Shown one piece after another: positions 1 through 14,137 of a DNA stretch of 64,000 bases; the first letter of the stretch is position 1, and each line of letters starts with the position of its first letter. The DNA comes from Eledone cirrhosa (taxonomy: Eukaryota). The stretch is from positions 55,676,001-55,740,000 of the forward strand of contig OZ024747.1 in the NCBI GenBank assembly GCA_964016885.1, written 5' to 3'. A program made the position numbers and the translations under genes. The notes under the pieces were generated by a model, which was not told where the DNA came from, ran no database searches, and saw only the letters and a list, made by a program, of their open reading frames with translations.

Positions 1-13
1 CATCATCATCATT

Positions 14-395
<382 letters not shown>

Positions 396-449
396 CGTTT
401 CTGAATTTGTTTAGCAAGATTCTTTATCTGAAATCGTGTGTTGAAACCG

Positions 450-525
450 ATATTGTTATACTTTGGGAGGGTCATGTTGCCTGGTGCGTGTGTTTCTTAT
501 TGGCAACATGACCCTCCCAAAGTAT

Positions 526-533
<8 letters not shown>
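450..533. repeat. 32-bp inverted repeat (450-481 / 502-533) in a short insert between (TA)n tracts; a second copy of the arm lies at 41600-41636
   Basis: ATATTGTTATACTTTGGGAGGGTCATGTTGCC and its exact reverse complement, 20-nt spacer. Confidence 0.9.
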
Positions 534-595
<62 letters not shown>

Positions 596-653
596 TATAT
601 ATATATATATCATATATATATATATATATATATATATCATATATATTTATATC

Positions 654-710
<57 letters not shown>

Positions 711-715
711 TATAA

Positions 716-778
<63 letters not shown>

Positions 779-786
779 GATTTATA

Positions 787-825
<39 letters not shown>

Positions 826-1272
826 CATATATATTTATCTATCTGTTCGTTAAGTGCAAAATAAAATTATATATATATATATATAACACTTCAATTTACT
901 TGCAATGTCAGTCATTATCAACTTTATGATAATTAATATTATTATCATTATCATTATTATTATTATCATAATTTTATTACCGTTATCGTTGTTATTGTTT
1001 TTCTTCTTATATTTGCTTTTTATGATTCTTCTCTTAGCTTCCCTTTTTTGATTGGCCATCAATTTTTCATAATTATGTTAAATAAAGAAGTTTTATACCA
1101 TAAGGCCAAGAGTTAAATTTTTCTTTCATCTGTTGTTGCTTTTCCTATTTTGTTGTTGTTCTTATTGTATTCTACAATCCCAGGGGCAAATACAATAGTT
1201 ATTGAAGGAGTAGGGGGTTGTTTCATGAAATTCAGTTTTTGTTCCCATATACAAACACACACACAGTCAGAT

Positions 1273-1467
1273 ATAATAATTGTTTCTAGTTTTGGCACAA
1301 GGCCAGAAATTACCCCAGTGCATTACTGGTACTTTATTTTATCGACCCCATAAGGATTAAATTCTAAGTTAACCTCAGCGGGATTTGAACTCAGACCGTA
1401 AAGGGCCGTAACTCTGTGCTGAAAAGCAGAACGTCTGAGCCTCTACTGATACTGCCAATCCACTGCT
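1273..1467 (-). mobile_element. tRNA-derived SINE family A (~195 bp)
   Basis: Minus strand has an A-box-like TGGCAGTATCAGTAG and a B-box GAGTTCAAATCCC, a conserved body (...CCTTACGGGGTCGATAAAATAAAGTACCAGT in the family consensus) and an (ATT)n tail; about 10 copies in the window. Confidence 0.9.
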
Positions 1468-2529
1468 TTCAGAGATATCAATGGACCTTCATCAGTATTT
1501 CCGTTGTTCCAACAATGGAACAACCTGCTCATGAACTTTATCTGCAAGTGGCCTAGCATTCTATAGAAATGAGAACCCTTAACATAGTTTTTATGGATAT
1601 TCAACATGACATTGTGTTTGAGAGTGCAAAAATCAGTTCTGTGTAAGCAAGATATTGTCATCTGATCTGGCATTTCTCACTACAGAACAATTCATTTAAC
1701 CCATGCTAGCATGGCAAAATGGAGTAGCCATTGTTCAAACAAAGGCTATCCTGGAAAATGCTTGGCAAAAATGATACTACACAATGGACCCAGAAAACTA
1801 GAAAAAAGGGTTTGTTAATTTACATATTTATTGTATCTTTACTAATGAATAGATCATTGTGAGAATTTGCAATCTTAGAAAGTAAAGACAGTAATTATTA
1901 ATGTGTAACAGTCATAGTGATCTTTTATAATTTCCAAGAATATATTGTTAATGCTGTTTCATGTGGCACAGGACGTTGAGAGTTAATAAGATACAAGCTG
2001 ACTATAATAACAGCTGTTTTAGCAGATCTCCTTTATCAAAGTGGACATGTGAGACTTTGAAAAACAAAGTAACATCTTCAGTATTAAAATCTATTTTAGT
2101 TCCTTCATCAACTATATACAGAAAATATCTATATCAAATTTGATTAATATATATATTTCTATATACACATCTTTCTGTTTTACTAAATTCAACATCATTT
2201 TTTAAACTTCAGCTCATTCACTTTATTCAATAAAGATAAATATCTCAACTAAATATACAACTCTGTCATTGCCACCAAGATGTCTGTTAACCAGTTTAAT
2301 GTTGCAATGGTTTACAAATAAACAAAAAAGAAAACAAAAACAAGCAAAAAGCTTTTAAGGATAGTAAAACAAACAATAGCATCAAATATTGCCAAATATG
2401 TTTTCCTAACAATAAATTGTTAAAATGAGTTTGCAAAACTAAAAATAAAATCGAAAACAGTAAAAATAACAGGAAAACAACAATAATAATAAATAATAAG
2501 TAGTAATAATAATAATAATGAGGATAATG

Positions 2530-2722
2530 ATAATGCTTTCTACTTTTGGCACAAGGCCAGCAATAATCCAGTAGATTACTGGTACTTTATTTTATCGACC
2601 CCGTAAGGATGAAATGCAAAGTTAACCTCGGCGGGATTTGAACTCAGAATGGCAAGGGTCGTAACTCTATACGTAAAAGTATGGTGTCCGACCCTCTACC
2701 GATACTGCCAATTCACCGCCCT
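2530..2722 (-). mobile_element. SINE family A
   Basis: Same consensus as 1273-1467. Confidence 0.9.
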
Positions 2723-2723
2723 A

Positions 2724-2915
2724 AATAATTGTTTCTACTTTAGGCAAAAGGCCAGCAATTGCCCAGGGCATTACTGGTACTTTATTTTATCGACCCCGTA
2801 AGGATGAAAGGCAAAGTCAACCTCGGCGGGATGTGAACTCAGATTGTAAAAGATCGTAACTATGCTGGAAAGCATGGCGTCCGACCCTCCACTGATACTG
2901 CCAATCCACCGCCCT
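2724..2915 (-). mobile_element. SINE family A (tandem with the previous copy)
   Basis: Same consensus, immediately adjacent. Confidence 0.9.
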
Positions 2916-3956
2916 TATCCTATTATCCTATGAGGATAGTAATAATAATAATAAATATGTAATTAGATTATGCAGAAATAGAAAGAAAGAAAAGTTTTGT
3001 GAAATAAATTAAATGGATCATTGTTTATTTTGGCAATGAGTAATCTGGTAGCATTAGCACTAACATAATGTGGTTCATAACAGATGTGTATATGAAGGTA
3101 TATATGATTCATTTATGTATAATATATACATAAAAGAGTCTCACTATGAATATTTTAAGCGGTGATCATGTCAAATCTATCTCAGTATCAGCTGAGAGTG
3201 TTAGACATGTTTGATGGATTTTTATCCTTCATTGGTGACATCTACTCACTTGGTACTGGGGCAAGTATAAGATAGAGCTTATATGCTTTGCTGCATAAGA
3301 AACATTGTCTAGAGCTGCTCATTTGCAACTAAAGGGACTCAAGAGCCAAGTGGTGGGAATGATAAACCAGCTGAGGAATTAAATCTTCCAGAGAAATGAA
3401 GAAATGTATCAACAAATATAAAAGAACTATCAGTTCCCTATCTCTGCAATGCATATCATCATAGAACCTTTTCATAAAAACACCCTTAAAACCGACGCTG
3501 CTTCTATTAAATAAAAACCACACATTTTAAAGAGTTCCTAATTAAATTAAATTTTTCCAACATAAATCTATATAAGATATATAATCATATAATACATATA
3601 CATAATGTTAAACAAAAAAAACAACAACATAAGATAAGCTGCTGCACTAGTTAATTAATCCATTTTTTATTATTGTTTCAGCGGGCAAAATTATTGATGT
3701 GCAGACAAATTGATGGCAGGTATACATCTTTATAATATTAGCCTGCGAAAATATGTATAAATTCTGCTCTCTATTCTCAAAAATTGTTTCTGAGGAGAGA
3801 CAGCAGAATGAATATGTATTTTCAAAGCTATTGGTATGGAGTTGTATGAGTGCCATAGATTTGTTTGCACATTGATAATTTTGCCCTCTGAAACGATCTT
3901 AAACAATATATTAATTACCTACTACACCTTGATTTATTCTTTCATTATTTAATATT

Positions 3957-4416
3957 TTATATCTGTGTGAGATGCACGATGCTGCATGGTAGTGAGACAT
4001 GGGCGGCAACTGCAGAGGATATGCGATGGCTGGAGAGAAATGAAGCAAGTATGCTCCATTGGATGTGCAATGTCAATGTGCATGAATGACCAAGCATGGA
4101 CAAGTTGAGAAAGAAACTGGGTATAAGAGGGGTAAGTTGTGGTGTGCAGGAGAGAGGACTGTGATGGTATGGACATGTGATGCGCATAGAGGATGACCGC
4201 TGGATAAAGAACTGCCAGGAAATCCTAGTAGAAGGAAGACGCAATAGAGGTAGACCACATAAAACATGGACAGAGGAGGTGAGAGCAGACATCAAATTGC
4301 TGAAACTGACTGAGGAGATGACGAATGACCGTGACAAGTGGAGAGATGCTGTGCTGAATAGGACCCGTCCAACCCTTGCAAGCAGGGAAAAGTGGACGTA
4401 AAATGATGATGATGAT
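3957..4416 (+). mobile_element. RTE LINE 3' fragment, subfamily whose ORF runs to the (ATG)n tail
   Basis: Translates MLHGSETW...WYGHVMRIEDDRWIK...GRPHKTW...PTLASREKWT* followed by (ATG)n. Confidence 0.9.
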
Positions 4417-5164
4417 CTGACTCTGTAGTCCTGAATACTCAACATGTAAAGATATTTCAGCCTTCTACAAAAACAGATTTCATTTTGCTTCAATTAGATA
4501 TTCATATTAACACTACATTGAGTTCTAAAATAGTTATAAAGCCTACATTGGTTGGGTGGAAGAGTAATAAGAACCATATATTACGTTACTGATGGCTGGA
4601 ATACATAATAGCGTAATAGAGTAATGAAATGTGTGTTCTTGAAACAAAGAATGGCCTAGTCTCTGTGTAAGAAACTGCTATTCATGTTGAACAGTTTTGG
4701 TGAAGTAATGTATCTATGTATTGAACTCATGTTAACATGGGGTTCCAGGAGACAGATGGCATCTTCAGCAACATTGTCCTGCTCTTACTTTTTCTTCTCT
4801 TCTACCTCCTTCTCACCATCCCCATCACCATTTTCCTCCTAAATATCCTCCTACTCCTCAGCTTACTCTTCCTTCTTATCGTCATCATCACCATCACTGT
4901 CATATTTGCCCCCCCCCCCCCCATCTCTTTATCAAGATTGATTGACCTACACCAACTTATCCCACTCCCCCTCGGCCTCCCCCTACTCTTCATCATGACC
5001 ATCATCATCACTGTCATCATTGTCCTCCTACACATCATGCTCCTGCTCAGCCTACTCCTCCTTCTTATCATCATCATCATCACCATTGTCCCCTCCATCT
5101 TCTCATTCTCCCCATTCACCAAAACCACCTTATCCCACTCCTACTCCACCACCCTCTACACTTA

Positions 5165-5437
5165 ATCATCATCATCACCACCATCATCATCATCATCACC
5201 GTCATCATTGTCACCCCTCCACCCCATCATTATCCCCACTGACCTACACCGTTTTATCCCACTACCCCTCTGCTTCCCCCTAATCTTCATTATCATCATC
5301 ACCACCATCACCACCATCATCATCATTGTCACCCTAATAAATGTCCTCCTCTTCTTCATCATCTCATCATCATCAACACCATCATCACCATCATTACCAT
5401 CATTGTCACCCTAATAAATGCCCTCCTCTTCTTCATC

Positions 5438-5475
<38 letters not shown>

Positions 5476-5690
5476 CAACATCATCATCGTCATCATCATA
5501 ATCATCACCATCATCACCATCATCACCAACATTGTCACCCTAATAAATGTCCCCTTCTTCATCATCATCACCATCATCACCATCATCACCATCTTTGTCA
5601 CCCTAATAAAAATAATCAACATCATCATCATCATCATCATCATAATCATCACCATCATCACCATCATCATCATCATTGTCATCCTAATAC
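5165..5690. repeat. (CAT/CAC/AAT)n low-complexity array with a recurring TTGTCACCCTAATAAA unit
   Basis: Direct inspection. Confidence 0.9.
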
Positions 5691-5899
5691 ATGTCCTATT
5701 CCCCTTCAGAAAAATCCTCATTAATCTGTCATCTGCTTCTATTACCATGTATGTTTAATGAAGCAGTGCCTGTCAGACTTTCCAAAAATGTATACCAGGT
5801 TTGGCCATATCTAATATTTCCTACTGTGTGAACAATAATATAAACAATAAAACTATACATAAACATATATATATATATGTGTGTATATATATATATATG

Positions 5900-5931
<32 letters not shown>

Positions 5932-6141
5932 TATATGTATATAAATATATATGTATATATGTATATATATATATATGTATATATGTATATATATATATAT
6001 GTATGTATATATATATATACATATGTATATATAAACATATATATATATACATATATATATACATTCATATGTATATATATATATATTATATACATACACA
6101 TATATATATACATTCATATGAATATATATATATATTATATA

Positions 6142-6245
<104 letters not shown>

Positions 6246-6248
6246 CTC

Positions 6249-6280
<32 letters not shown>

Positions 6281-6356
6281 CATGCATATATATATATATA
6301 TATATATACACATTCATATATATATATATATACACATTCATATATATATATACACA

Positions 6357-6434
<78 letters not shown>

Positions 6435-6697
6435 AACACTCACACACACATATGAAGGGACCTCTACATACATATTGGCATTGATCTACTAAGAATAACA
6501 GGTAAATATTCTTCAAATTATAACCCACTGTCTAAAAGAGGAAATGACGTACTGACCAATGGTCAATGTATTCATAGATATACAAAAAGACATGATGGTC
6601 ATGAGAGGAACGACGTTGATAATAGTTCTGATGACTCATCGTTTATCTGGGGCTAAACACCAGACCTGAGAACAACATTAACAGCATAAAGTACAAC

Positions 6698-6886
6698 AAT
6701 AATTGTTTATACTTAAGGCACAAGGCCAGCAATTACCCAGTGCATTACTGGTACTTTATTTTATCGACCCCCGTAAGGATGAAAGGCAAAGTCAACCTCG
6801 GCGGGATTTGAACTCAGATCGTAAAGGGACGTAACTCTATGCTGGAAAGCATGGCGTCCGACCCTCTACCGATACTGCCAATACAC
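6698..6886 (-). mobile_element. SINE family A
   Basis: Same consensus. Confidence 0.9.
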
Positions 6887-6919
6887 AGGTTTCACCTTCA
6901 ATATTTTCCTATCTACTTC

Positions 6920-7577
6920 AACATTAACAACAGTAACATCATCAGCAACAACAATATCAATGAAAATAGCAACAACAAGAACAACAACAGCAACAACAAT
7001 AACCACTACAACAATAACCACTACAACAAGAACAACAGCAACAACAACAACAACAACAACAACAATAACAATAACTACTACAACATCAATAACAACAACA
7101 ATAACCACTACAACAACAACAACAACAACAAAAATAACTACTACAACATCAATAACAACAACAATAACCACTACAACAACAACAACAACAGCAACAACAA
7201 TAACTACTACAACATCAATAACAACAACAATAACCACTACAACAACAACAACAACAACAACAGGCACAACATTAGGCAACAGCAATAACAACAACAACAA
7301 CAACAACATTAGCAGCAACAGCAATAACAACACCAAATACCACCATAAGCAATAAATAACAGGTAACTGTCTACTCAAAGATTATCAACAATTGCCACAT
7401 CAATAACAACTACAACAACTACAACACCAACAACACCAACAACTACAACAACTACAACAACAACTACAACAACAACAACCACATCAATAACAACAACTAC
7501 AACAACTACAACAACAACTACAACAACAACTACAACAACAACAATAACTACAACAACAACTACAACAACAACAACAA
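6920..7577. repeat. (AAC)n-derived low-complexity array
   Basis: Direct inspection. Confidence 0.9.
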
Positions 7578-7711
7578 TATGGTAGAAATTCTTCCCTTTC
7601 ACCAAAGAATAATTCATTTTTGTTTTGTTATTATTTTCAACATTTTTCCAGAGGTGTGGTGTACATACACACACATACATAATTATGCACACATATATAC
7701 ACACATGTGCA

Positions 7712-7747
<36 letters not shown>

Positions 7748-7820
7748 TCTCCCTCTCTCTCCCTCTCTCTCTCTCACTCTCACTCTCTCTCTCTCTCTCT
7801 CTCTCTGTATATATATATAT

Positions 7821-8396
7821 ATCATCATCATCATCATCATCACCGTTTTACGTCCGTTCTTCCACGCTAGCATGGGTTTGACGGGTTGTCCTGTTGTGGG
7901 CAGTGTCTGGTCGGCTGACCATGCCTTGCTCATACAGGAACTGATTTGGCTTGATTTCTACAGCTGGATGCCCTTCCTAACACCAACCTCATTTACAGTG
8001 AGTGCTGGGTGCTTTTTCCGTGGCGCCTACACGTCCACTTCACAGTGTGGGCTGGGTGCTTTTTTGCCGTGGCACCTCCACGACCACCTTGCAGTGGGAG
8101 GGTGTGGGGGCATATTGTCTATATGCTTCAGCTTGTACCCATGGGGGGGTTGGGGTCTTCTGTATTACTGTATGACGCCAGAGGTCACGGTCATGTGTCA
8201 TCGCCTTTGAGAGGTGTAATTGGGTACGGTCAGCTTTTATCACCTCATCCCAGGTCTTCTTGGGTTTCCCCACTCCGCGGTTTCCATTGACTTCTAGTGC
8301 TCTGCACCTTTTTATGCAGCTGTCATCCTTCATATGCATCACATGTCCATACCAACGCAACTGCCTCTCCTGCACACACCATTTGATTCCTCTTAT
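7821..8396 (-). mobile_element. RTE LINE 3' end with long 3' UTR
   Basis: Minus strand IRGIKWCVQERQLRWYGHVMH...GKPKKTWDE; UTR similar to 18090-18443; (ATG)n tail. Confidence 0.9.
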
Positions 8397-8405
8397 GTGT
8401 ATATA

Positions 8406-8467
<62 letters not shown>

Positions 8468-8544
8468 TATATATATATATATATATCATCATCATCATCG
8501 TTTAACGTCCATGTTCCACGCTTGCATATATATATATATATATA

Positions 8545-8743
8545 GGTAAGTTATTCTGGGTTGAATCGGAGGTAACCACAGTAAGTAAGGTACTCAATAC
8601 ATAGCAGAGTATAAAAGTTTTAATATAGATGAGATTCTACAGGACTAGAACTGTTTCATTCTTTAGAAATCATCAGGAATCCTGATGATTTCTAAAGAAT
8701 GAAACAGTTCTAGTCCTGTAGAATCTCATCTATATTAAAACTT
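8545..8743 (-). mobile_element. Fold-back HHR mini-element (PLE pLTR-like): palindrome 8615-8743 plus unpaired tail 8545-8614
   Basis: 64-bp perfect arms centred on 8679; flanked by (TA)n. Confidence 0.75.
8632..8682 (-). ncRNA. Type I hammerhead ribozyme
   Basis: GGAUUC-CUGAUGA-U[UUC UAAA GAA]U-GAAACAG(uucuaguc)CUGUA^GAAUCU. Confidence 0.75.
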
Positions 8744-8755
8744 ATATATATATAA

Positions 8756-8790
<35 letters not shown>

Positions 8791-8988
8791 CATGCATGTG
8801 TGTGTATATATACCTATATTACACACACACATAGAAGGTAATTGTATGAGTGTACTTATTGAGGGTTACAGTCTGTGTACCGTGTGTGAAGGGGGGGGGG
8901 ATTTGTATCTTAAAGTAGAGGCCAGTTGGTGGCAGCAGCAGTATTAGATTGAGACAGAGTATGAGGGGGAGAAGGAGGTGGAAAAGTA

Positions 8989-10385
8989 TGGTGGTGGTGG
9001 TGGTGGTGATGGTAGTGAAGTGTAGTGGATATTGTTATTTATTGGTTATGATTAAAGTGTTTGGCTATGATGATGGTGATGGTGGGGGTGGCAATGATAG
9101 TTGTGATGGTGACAGCGGTGGTGGAAGGTAGTGGTGATAAATATGAGGATGATGATGATGGTGATGATGATGGTGAAAACGGTGGTGGTGGTGGTGGTGG
9201 TGGTGGTGGTGGTGGTGGTGGTGATGATGACTGGGTTTAGAAATGGTTGCGATAAATACGGTGATGATGATGATGATGGTGGTGGTGGTGATGGTGGTGG
9301 TCACTGTGGTGGTGGAAGTGGTGGTGATTGTAGTGTTGGAAATGGTAGTGATAAATATGGTCATGATGATGGTGGTGATGGTGGTGGTCACTGTGGTGGT
9401 GGAAGTGGTGGTGATAGAGTAGTGTTGGAAATGGTGGTGATAAATATGGTGATGATGATGATGGTAATGGTCGTGGTCACTGTGGTGGTGGAAGTGGTGG
9501 TGATAGTAGTGTTGGAAATGGTGGTGATAAATATGGTGAGGATGATGATGGTGATGGTGGTGCTGGTAATGGTGATTATGATGATGAAGACATGATGACA
9601 ATATTGATGCTGATGACTTCATAAGAACCTATAATATGGTCCAATATGAAGGAATATCTGAAGAAAGTCTTTGACCAAATTATCCATGCTTCATGGAACC
9701 AAATCAAAGGAATGTGCGGACACCTAGATTACTTTGCTAAAATATCTTGCTACATAAGGTGGAAAGATTTACAGAGCTGGCTAGCTGGGTTTTTTTTAGT
9801 TGTTGTTTAATGTGTGTTTGTGTTGTTATTTCTGTTATTGTTGTTGTTCGTGGTGGTGGTGGTGGTGGTGGTGGTGTTGGTGTTTATGATGCAGTTGATG
9901 TTGTCATTGTTGTTGTTTGGGGTGGTGTTGTTATTGGTTGTATTTGTTATTGCTGTTATTGTTGTTGTTAGAGTTGATCTTGCTGGTTGTTTCATTTCTG
10001 CTGTTGGTGCTGCTGTTGTTGTTGTTCTTGTTGTTGTTGGCGTTGTTAGTGTTTGTGATGGTGCTGATGTTGCCATTGTTATTGTCTTTGGTGTTGTCGT
10101 TGTTGTTGTTTTTATTGGTGTTGGTGCTAATGATGCTATTTTTGTTGTTGTTGTGCATGGTAGTGTTGATATTGTGTTATTATTGTTGTTGTTTGTTGTG
10201 GAGATAGCATTGTTATTATTGGCTCTATGTGTGTTTGTTGTTGTTGTCAATGTTTATGTTAGTGGTGTTGGTGGTGATCTTGTTATTACTTCTGCTTGTT
10301 CTTTTTTAATGTGTTTGTGATGTTGTTGTTGTTGGTGGTGGTGGTGGTGGTGGTGGTAATGGTGGTGTTGGTCGTGGTGGTGTTA
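8989..10385. repeat. (GGT/GAT/GTT)n low-complexity arrays
   Basis: Direct inspection. Confidence 0.9.
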
Positions 10386-10912
10386 CTCTTGTAAACCATA
10401 ACAGGTATGACCTTTTTATCTTCTTTGGAATAAGATTACATTGATTACATCTACTGTGTCATGTCCATATATACTTGAGGATGACCTGTTTGCTATTTCT
10501 AGCGGAATGATTGGCTGTGTAGCACAGCATAGTGAAGTATAGGACAATATACTGCAATCATTATGTAGAATAGTGGTACGGCTTAGTGTATACTGCTTAC
10601 TGGGACATAGTACTATATAAACTCCCTTTCTCTCTCTCTCTCTCTTTATCTCTCTCTTTAAATATATATTTATATATATACATATATATATATAACAATG
10701 AAGAATAAGGCAGTATTCTAGGATATTATATCATTTTAATAAATATATCATTGCTGTAATGCACATTTCACTGGCATCAAATATGTAATTGATACAATCT
10801 CGTCAGATGACCATTATGCAATTATTCATACTATAATATATATATACATATATATAGGCTCTGATACAATCAACACCATAAACATAGAGCTGGCATATCT
10901 AAGAACTGACTA

Positions 10913-10968
10913 ACTGCCTGATGAGGTCATAGCTACTCAATGGCTATCATCGAAATATATATAGCAGT
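10913..10968 (+). ncRNA. Minimal type I hammerhead ribozyme in a (TA)n-flanked insert (10857-11013)
   Basis: ACUGC-CUGAUGA-stem II (GGU.AUAGCUA/UGGCUAU.AUC)-GAAAU(AUAU)AUA^GCAGU, then AATAAA. Confidence 0.85.
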
Positions 10969-11022
10969 AAATAAAGGATTATGAGTTCATGCAATTGACT
11001 TATGTTTCGTCACTATACATAT

Positions 11023-11146
<124 letters not shown>

Positions 11147-11148
11147 GC

Positions 11149-11177
<29 letters not shown>

Positions 11178-11183
<6 letters not shown>

Positions 11184-11587
11184 AGATCAAAAGATGGTTA
11201 AATGACTTCCATGTATTTTATTATGTGCATTTCAAAAACAAATATCATCATGCAATAACATTTGTGTTTTCATCAGATAAAATAGGAGGACATGATATGA
11301 AGCTTAAAAACACTTGTGGATAGTGCATTTTATGTTGATTTAAAACTGCACTATCCACAAGTGTTTTTAACCTTCATATCATGTCCTCCTATTTTATCTG
11401 ATGAAAACACAAATGTTATTGCATGATGATATTTGTTTTTGAAATGCACATAATAAAATACATGGAACTCATTTAACCATCTTTTGATCTTATATATTAT
11501 GTATACTCCAGTCCTACAAACTGTAGAGTGCTTCTTATCCGATATCTGCATTGCTTTATTGTACTACAATAAAACTCACCTCCTACA
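11178..11587 (+). mobile_element. Fold-back HHR mini-element: ~150-bp arms (11178-11496) plus tail to 11587
   Basis: Near-perfect inverted repeat centred near 11337; (TA)n on both sides. Confidence 0.8.
11390..11460 (+). ncRNA. Minimal type I hammerhead ribozyme (mirror copy on the minus strand at 11214-11284)
   Basis: UAUUUUAU-CUGAUGA-long stem II-GAAAU(GCAC)AUA^AUAAAAUA; perfect 8-bp stem I. Confidence 0.88.
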
Positions 11588-11884
11588 TATATATGTATAT
11601 ATATATATATATTGGAAAATATGTGAAATCCTTGGTGCAGTTAGGTATATATGAAAAAAGAAAAAGAATGACTGACTTCACTTGTAGTTCTAAATAATTT
11701 AATTTTATAATTTCCTTTTGTAGATCGAGTAAGTTCTTTGTTAACTCCGGTGGAGAGTTTTTTTTATGATTCCTGTTTAGCTTTCCTGGAGAACTTTCTC
11801 GCAGTCATTGGTGGCTTAGCACTACAAGTGAAGTAATTTTTTTCCTTTTTTCAAATATCTGAACATTGAGTACAGTGTATATAC

Positions 11885-12970
11885 TGTTACTGCTGGTTCT
11901 GCTGCTTTTGTTGCTAATGTTATTATTGCTATTGTTGCTGTTGTTGTTACTGTTGCTGCTATTGTTGCTATATTTGTTGCTGTTGTTGTTGCTACTGTTG
12001 TTGCAGCTGCAGCTGCTTTTGTTGCTATTGTTGTCATTGCTATTGTTGTTGTTGTTGTTGCTATTGTTGTTATTGCTATTGTTGCTGTTATTATTGCTAC
12101 TGTTGTTGTTGCTATTGTTGTTATTGCTACAGTTGTTATTGCTACAGTTGTTATTGTTACTGTTGTTGCTTCTGTTGCTGCTGTTGTTGCTATTATTGTT
12201 GTTGTTGTTGTTGTTGTTGTTACCATATTGGTTCCAAGCTATTATTCCAGTCAGTTGACCATTCTAATCTAAGTCTATTACCATATATCTCACAAGACTT
12301 AATATGTTAGGTAAAAGCCAACCAAACATTTACAGAGAAACCTGATTAATAAGCAGCCAATGTTAAACAGATTCTTTGAAAAATCGTCAACAACCCCAAC
12401 ATGGAACTGATTATCAAGGAATTCACTTTAAACTTTTGGGCCATTTTCAATATCGTTTCATTATCAATAATCTTATTGTTGTTGTTGTTGTTGTTGTTAT
12501 TGCTACTATTATTATTAATAAAGAAATTATTATTGTTGTTGTTGTTTTTGTTATTATTGTTATTATTATTATGGTAGTTGATGTTATTTCCATCATTATC
12601 ATCATCATCATCAGCAGCATTATCAGCATTACTGTCACCATCTCCACCAACTTCACCACCAGCATCATCATAAGCAACATCATGATTACCTATTTATTTA
12701 ACATATTCTTATTGTTATTGTTGAACCTAGATTTTTACTCAATGTAAATCCACCACCACTACCACTACCACTACCACCACTACCACCACGACCACCAACA
12801 GTAATACTACTACAACAACCACCACCACCACCACCACTCCCACCACCACCACCACAAACACTAACACTACTACATCCACTACTACCACTACTACCACCAC
12901 TGCCACCAGCACAAATACAACCACCACCACCACTACCACCACCACTTCCACCACTACAACTACCTCCACT
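11885..12970. repeat. (GTT/GCT), (CAT) and (ACC/ACT) trinucleotide low-complexity arrays
   Basis: Direct inspection. Confidence 0.9.
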
Positions 12971-13611
12971 GTCTTGTTTGTTGTTTTCCTATGTATTCTA
13001 CACTACTACTACTCTGCCAGAGTTTTATACTCCTTTGACCAATAAACGAAATTATCATTATTATTATTATTATTATTATTACAAAAAGATCTAATATGGT
13101 CATATTTTCTTCCCTTTATTGACATTGATTCCAAATACATCCATTCCATATTCTATAATTATATATACATATATATAGAGAGAGGTTCTATATTTATCGA
13201 TATTGTTTGTTTCCCTCTGTTTTCGGTCAATTCAGGTGTCTGTAGATTGATCAGTTGAGTGGACAGACGTAATGGACAATCAGCCTCTGGGATATGTTGA
13301 TGTTTTTGTATGTTGAGGGTTAGTGCAGTGCTGTAATTATTTCCAAGACCTTGTTTACTCTCAATAGCTCAGGTTACTTAGCTGTAAATATGCACCAATG
13401 TATGGAATTGTGTGGTATGGTATCTCTTAATGATGTGTTAGCCTATAAAAGTGGAGAACATATTTCAGAGATACAAGGTCAAAATCTGCAACATGTGTTG
13501 GATCTTCCATCAGTTTAAATGATGCACATCCAGCTGTTTGATCACCAGATCACCCAGTTCATCAGTTACCATGAAGATGAACCTGAGTAGTTGATATTAA
13601 AGTATTTCTGC

Positions 13612-13643
<32 letters not shown>

Positions 13644-13685
13644 CAAAGGTACAAAATGTCTTATTAGTTTCAAGCTTGATATTGA

Positions 13686-13865
13686 AAAGAAGAAAGAAAG
13701 CTTGACATGTCGGGCTTAAGACCTTCTTCAGAAATACAAACTAGAGATAGGATCACAAAGAAGAAACAGAAAAAATATCTGAGTAAAAAAATTCTAAAAG
13801 GAAGAGTGAAATAAGACAAACCATTAGATAGTCTTGGTAACGAGTTGGAACACAAAGTGTGTGTG

Positions 13866-13936
<71 letters not shown>

Positions 13937-14056
13937 ATACACACGCACTCCACTTTGTGTTCCAACTCGTTACCAAAAAAAATTCTAAAAGGAAGAGTGA
14001 AATAAGACAAACCATTAGATAGTCTTGGTAACGAGTTGGAACACAAAGTGTGTGTG

Positions 14057-14137
<81 letters not shown>

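Noticed and set aside
6629-6675. CUGAUGA-CUCA...UGAG-AAC
   Set aside because: No GAAA or cleavage-site geometry
9610-9680. CUGAUGA followed by a 7-bp stem (CUUCAUA/UAUGAAG) and GAA
   Set aside because: GAAU instead of GAAA and no stem I or III; possibly chance beside a (GAT)n tract
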